NCBI GenBank assembly: GCA_013265495.1
Contig: MU058039.1
Coordinates: forward strand, 684,591 to 748,590
Direction of reading: 5' to 3'
Length of the DNA: 64,000 bases
DNA from: Vicugna vicugna
Lineage: Eukaryota
Position numbers and translations under genes: made by a program. Under the pieces are notes generated by a model that saw only the letters and a list, made by a program, of their open reading frames with translations, searched no databases and had not been told where the DNA came from. Below, in pieces: positions 62,526 through 64,000 of this stretch. Positions within the stretch are counted from its first letter, which is position 1. Each line of letters begins with the position of its first letter.

Positions 62526-64000
62526 TCAGCCAGGACTGTGAGAGAAAGGAGCGGGATTCCAATGTACAGCCCTTGCTGTTGACCACCAGGCTGGATGTGC
62601 TGCCCAGGGGCCACTGGGAGCCAGCACACTGCGGAGCAGGGCCTCCGTGCAGCGCAGGCCCCGGCCTGAGGTCCCCTCCGCACACCCATTTGTTCCTGAG
62701 ACATGGCAGCAGCTGCAAGGGGCTGCGTCTCCAGGCTGTCTGTGGGCCTGAGGTTACTTTGATGATGTCCAGTGTTCCTCAGCCACTCAAACGTCGCCCT
62801 AGTGAACAGAGGTGGAGTTGTTCCGAAGCATGTGCGCACATACACACACACACACAGGAGGCCGCCCCCTCGTAGAACATCGGAGGTAGGGGGCAGCTGG
62901 CTGGGTTCTTCTCCCCTTTCTCCTAACTGTGAGCTCCCCTCTCCTCCCGGGGTTGTCACAGGAGCCTGCGGCCCACCTCCCACCTTCCCAGGCCAGCCCT
63001 TTCATGGCTTCCAGAAGGATTTCTTTTTCCCGACACACAGAGCTTTCTTGTTTTTGCAATTTAATTTGAAATATTTTTATTATGCAACATTTTAAACATT
63101 CTGAAAAGTACAGAGAATAATATAACAGACAGCCATGTGCCTACCACCAGATCTAACAGATGTTAACATTTTGCCATACTTGCTTCAGCTCTCTCTTTAT
63201 TTTTGAAGAAAGAAAATGTTAGAGAGACAACCCAAGCTGCCCCATCTCGCAACCCCTCTCCTCCCCTTCTCTCTTTCCCCACCGGCAGCTGCTCTCTGGA
63301 CAGACCTACCCCTGTCTCCCTGTGTCCCCAGACACCTTTGTTACAAAATCTGTCACACTGTAGGAACAAGCTGTTGATGTGACTCTTGCCTCCCTTGAAG
63401 GTCACCCCAAGTCGTACTCCCTTCAGACATCTGTCCTGGGGTGGCACTTGCTGTGTACACAGCCCTCAAGACCCTTTGCTGACTAGACCGGTGTCTGGCC
63501 CAAACGTTGTAGGCCCTGAGAAAATAGTTGTTGAATAAATAATTGTGAGTGTTCCAGGAATGCTTCCTGACCAGGTGACCTGGTGGTCGCACCACCTCCC
63601 GGTCGTGTAACAAGGTGCCATCCTTCCCCGCTTTGAGTGTGCACTTTCTGAACAGCACACCAGCATCCCTGCTGCCTGTGGGCTGTGAAAACCCCATCCC
63701 TCCTGCTGGGGAAGTGAGGGACCAGCTGTGCTGATTGTCCAGAAACCTCAGCAGCTTGTAGTTTCATGATTCTTAAAACCATGAATCAGGACTATGGGAA
63801 AAGCCAAAACCTGTCACTATATGCAGCCAAGTCCTGAATGAAGAAGTTGCAAAGTTCTTTGTGTCTATAAAGCGCAGTCTGAACACACAGTTAATTAGAA
63901 TAGAGAGACTGGTGAGGTCATCTTGTCCATCCCCCTGCCCCGGGGCAGCACCGCGCCCACAGAGTTTCCTGCAGAAGAAACCTGCCTGATTTGTGCGGCT

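Noticed and set aside
1..64000. CRISPR arrays, operons, defence systems or another novel multi-gene system; the remaining 60-200 aa ORFs
   Set aside because: This is mammalian intron sequence with no repeat-spacer arrays. The short ORFs mostly use non-ATG starts, overlap old repeats and show no protein similarity I can recognise.

Overview
Mammalian genomic DNA, most likely a camelid. The evidence is a Vic-1-type tRNA-derived SINE and a cetartiodactyl-type L1 3' end, with no Alu, B1, SINEC, BovB/Bov-tA or PRE-1 recognised. The whole window lies inside SIPA1L3 (signal-induced proliferation-associated 1-like 3, a Rap GTPase-activating protein) on the + strand. It contains a probable 68-nt 5'UTR exon (3538-3605), a ~39.6-kb intron, the large first coding exon (43218-45027, ATG at 43527) and five more coding exons. 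These splice in frame through GT-AG junctions into the Rap-GAP domain (2258 coding nt up to 61077). The promoter/first exon and the 3' half of the gene are outside the window. The rest is intron, dense in old repeats (MIR, L2, L1M, MaLR/ERVL LTRs, Charlie4a, MER5A, MER46C, MADE2), plus some younger insertions and microsatellites. Repeat names and human comparisons come from recall, not database searches, and repeat boundaries are approximate. I see no evidence of a new multi-gene system. The best leads are a uORF-loaded 5'UTR, a small orphan retrocopy with intact insertion hallmarks, a homeobox/Maf-motif-dense candidate enhancer, a CTCF site, and a CpG-enriched old L1 remnant.
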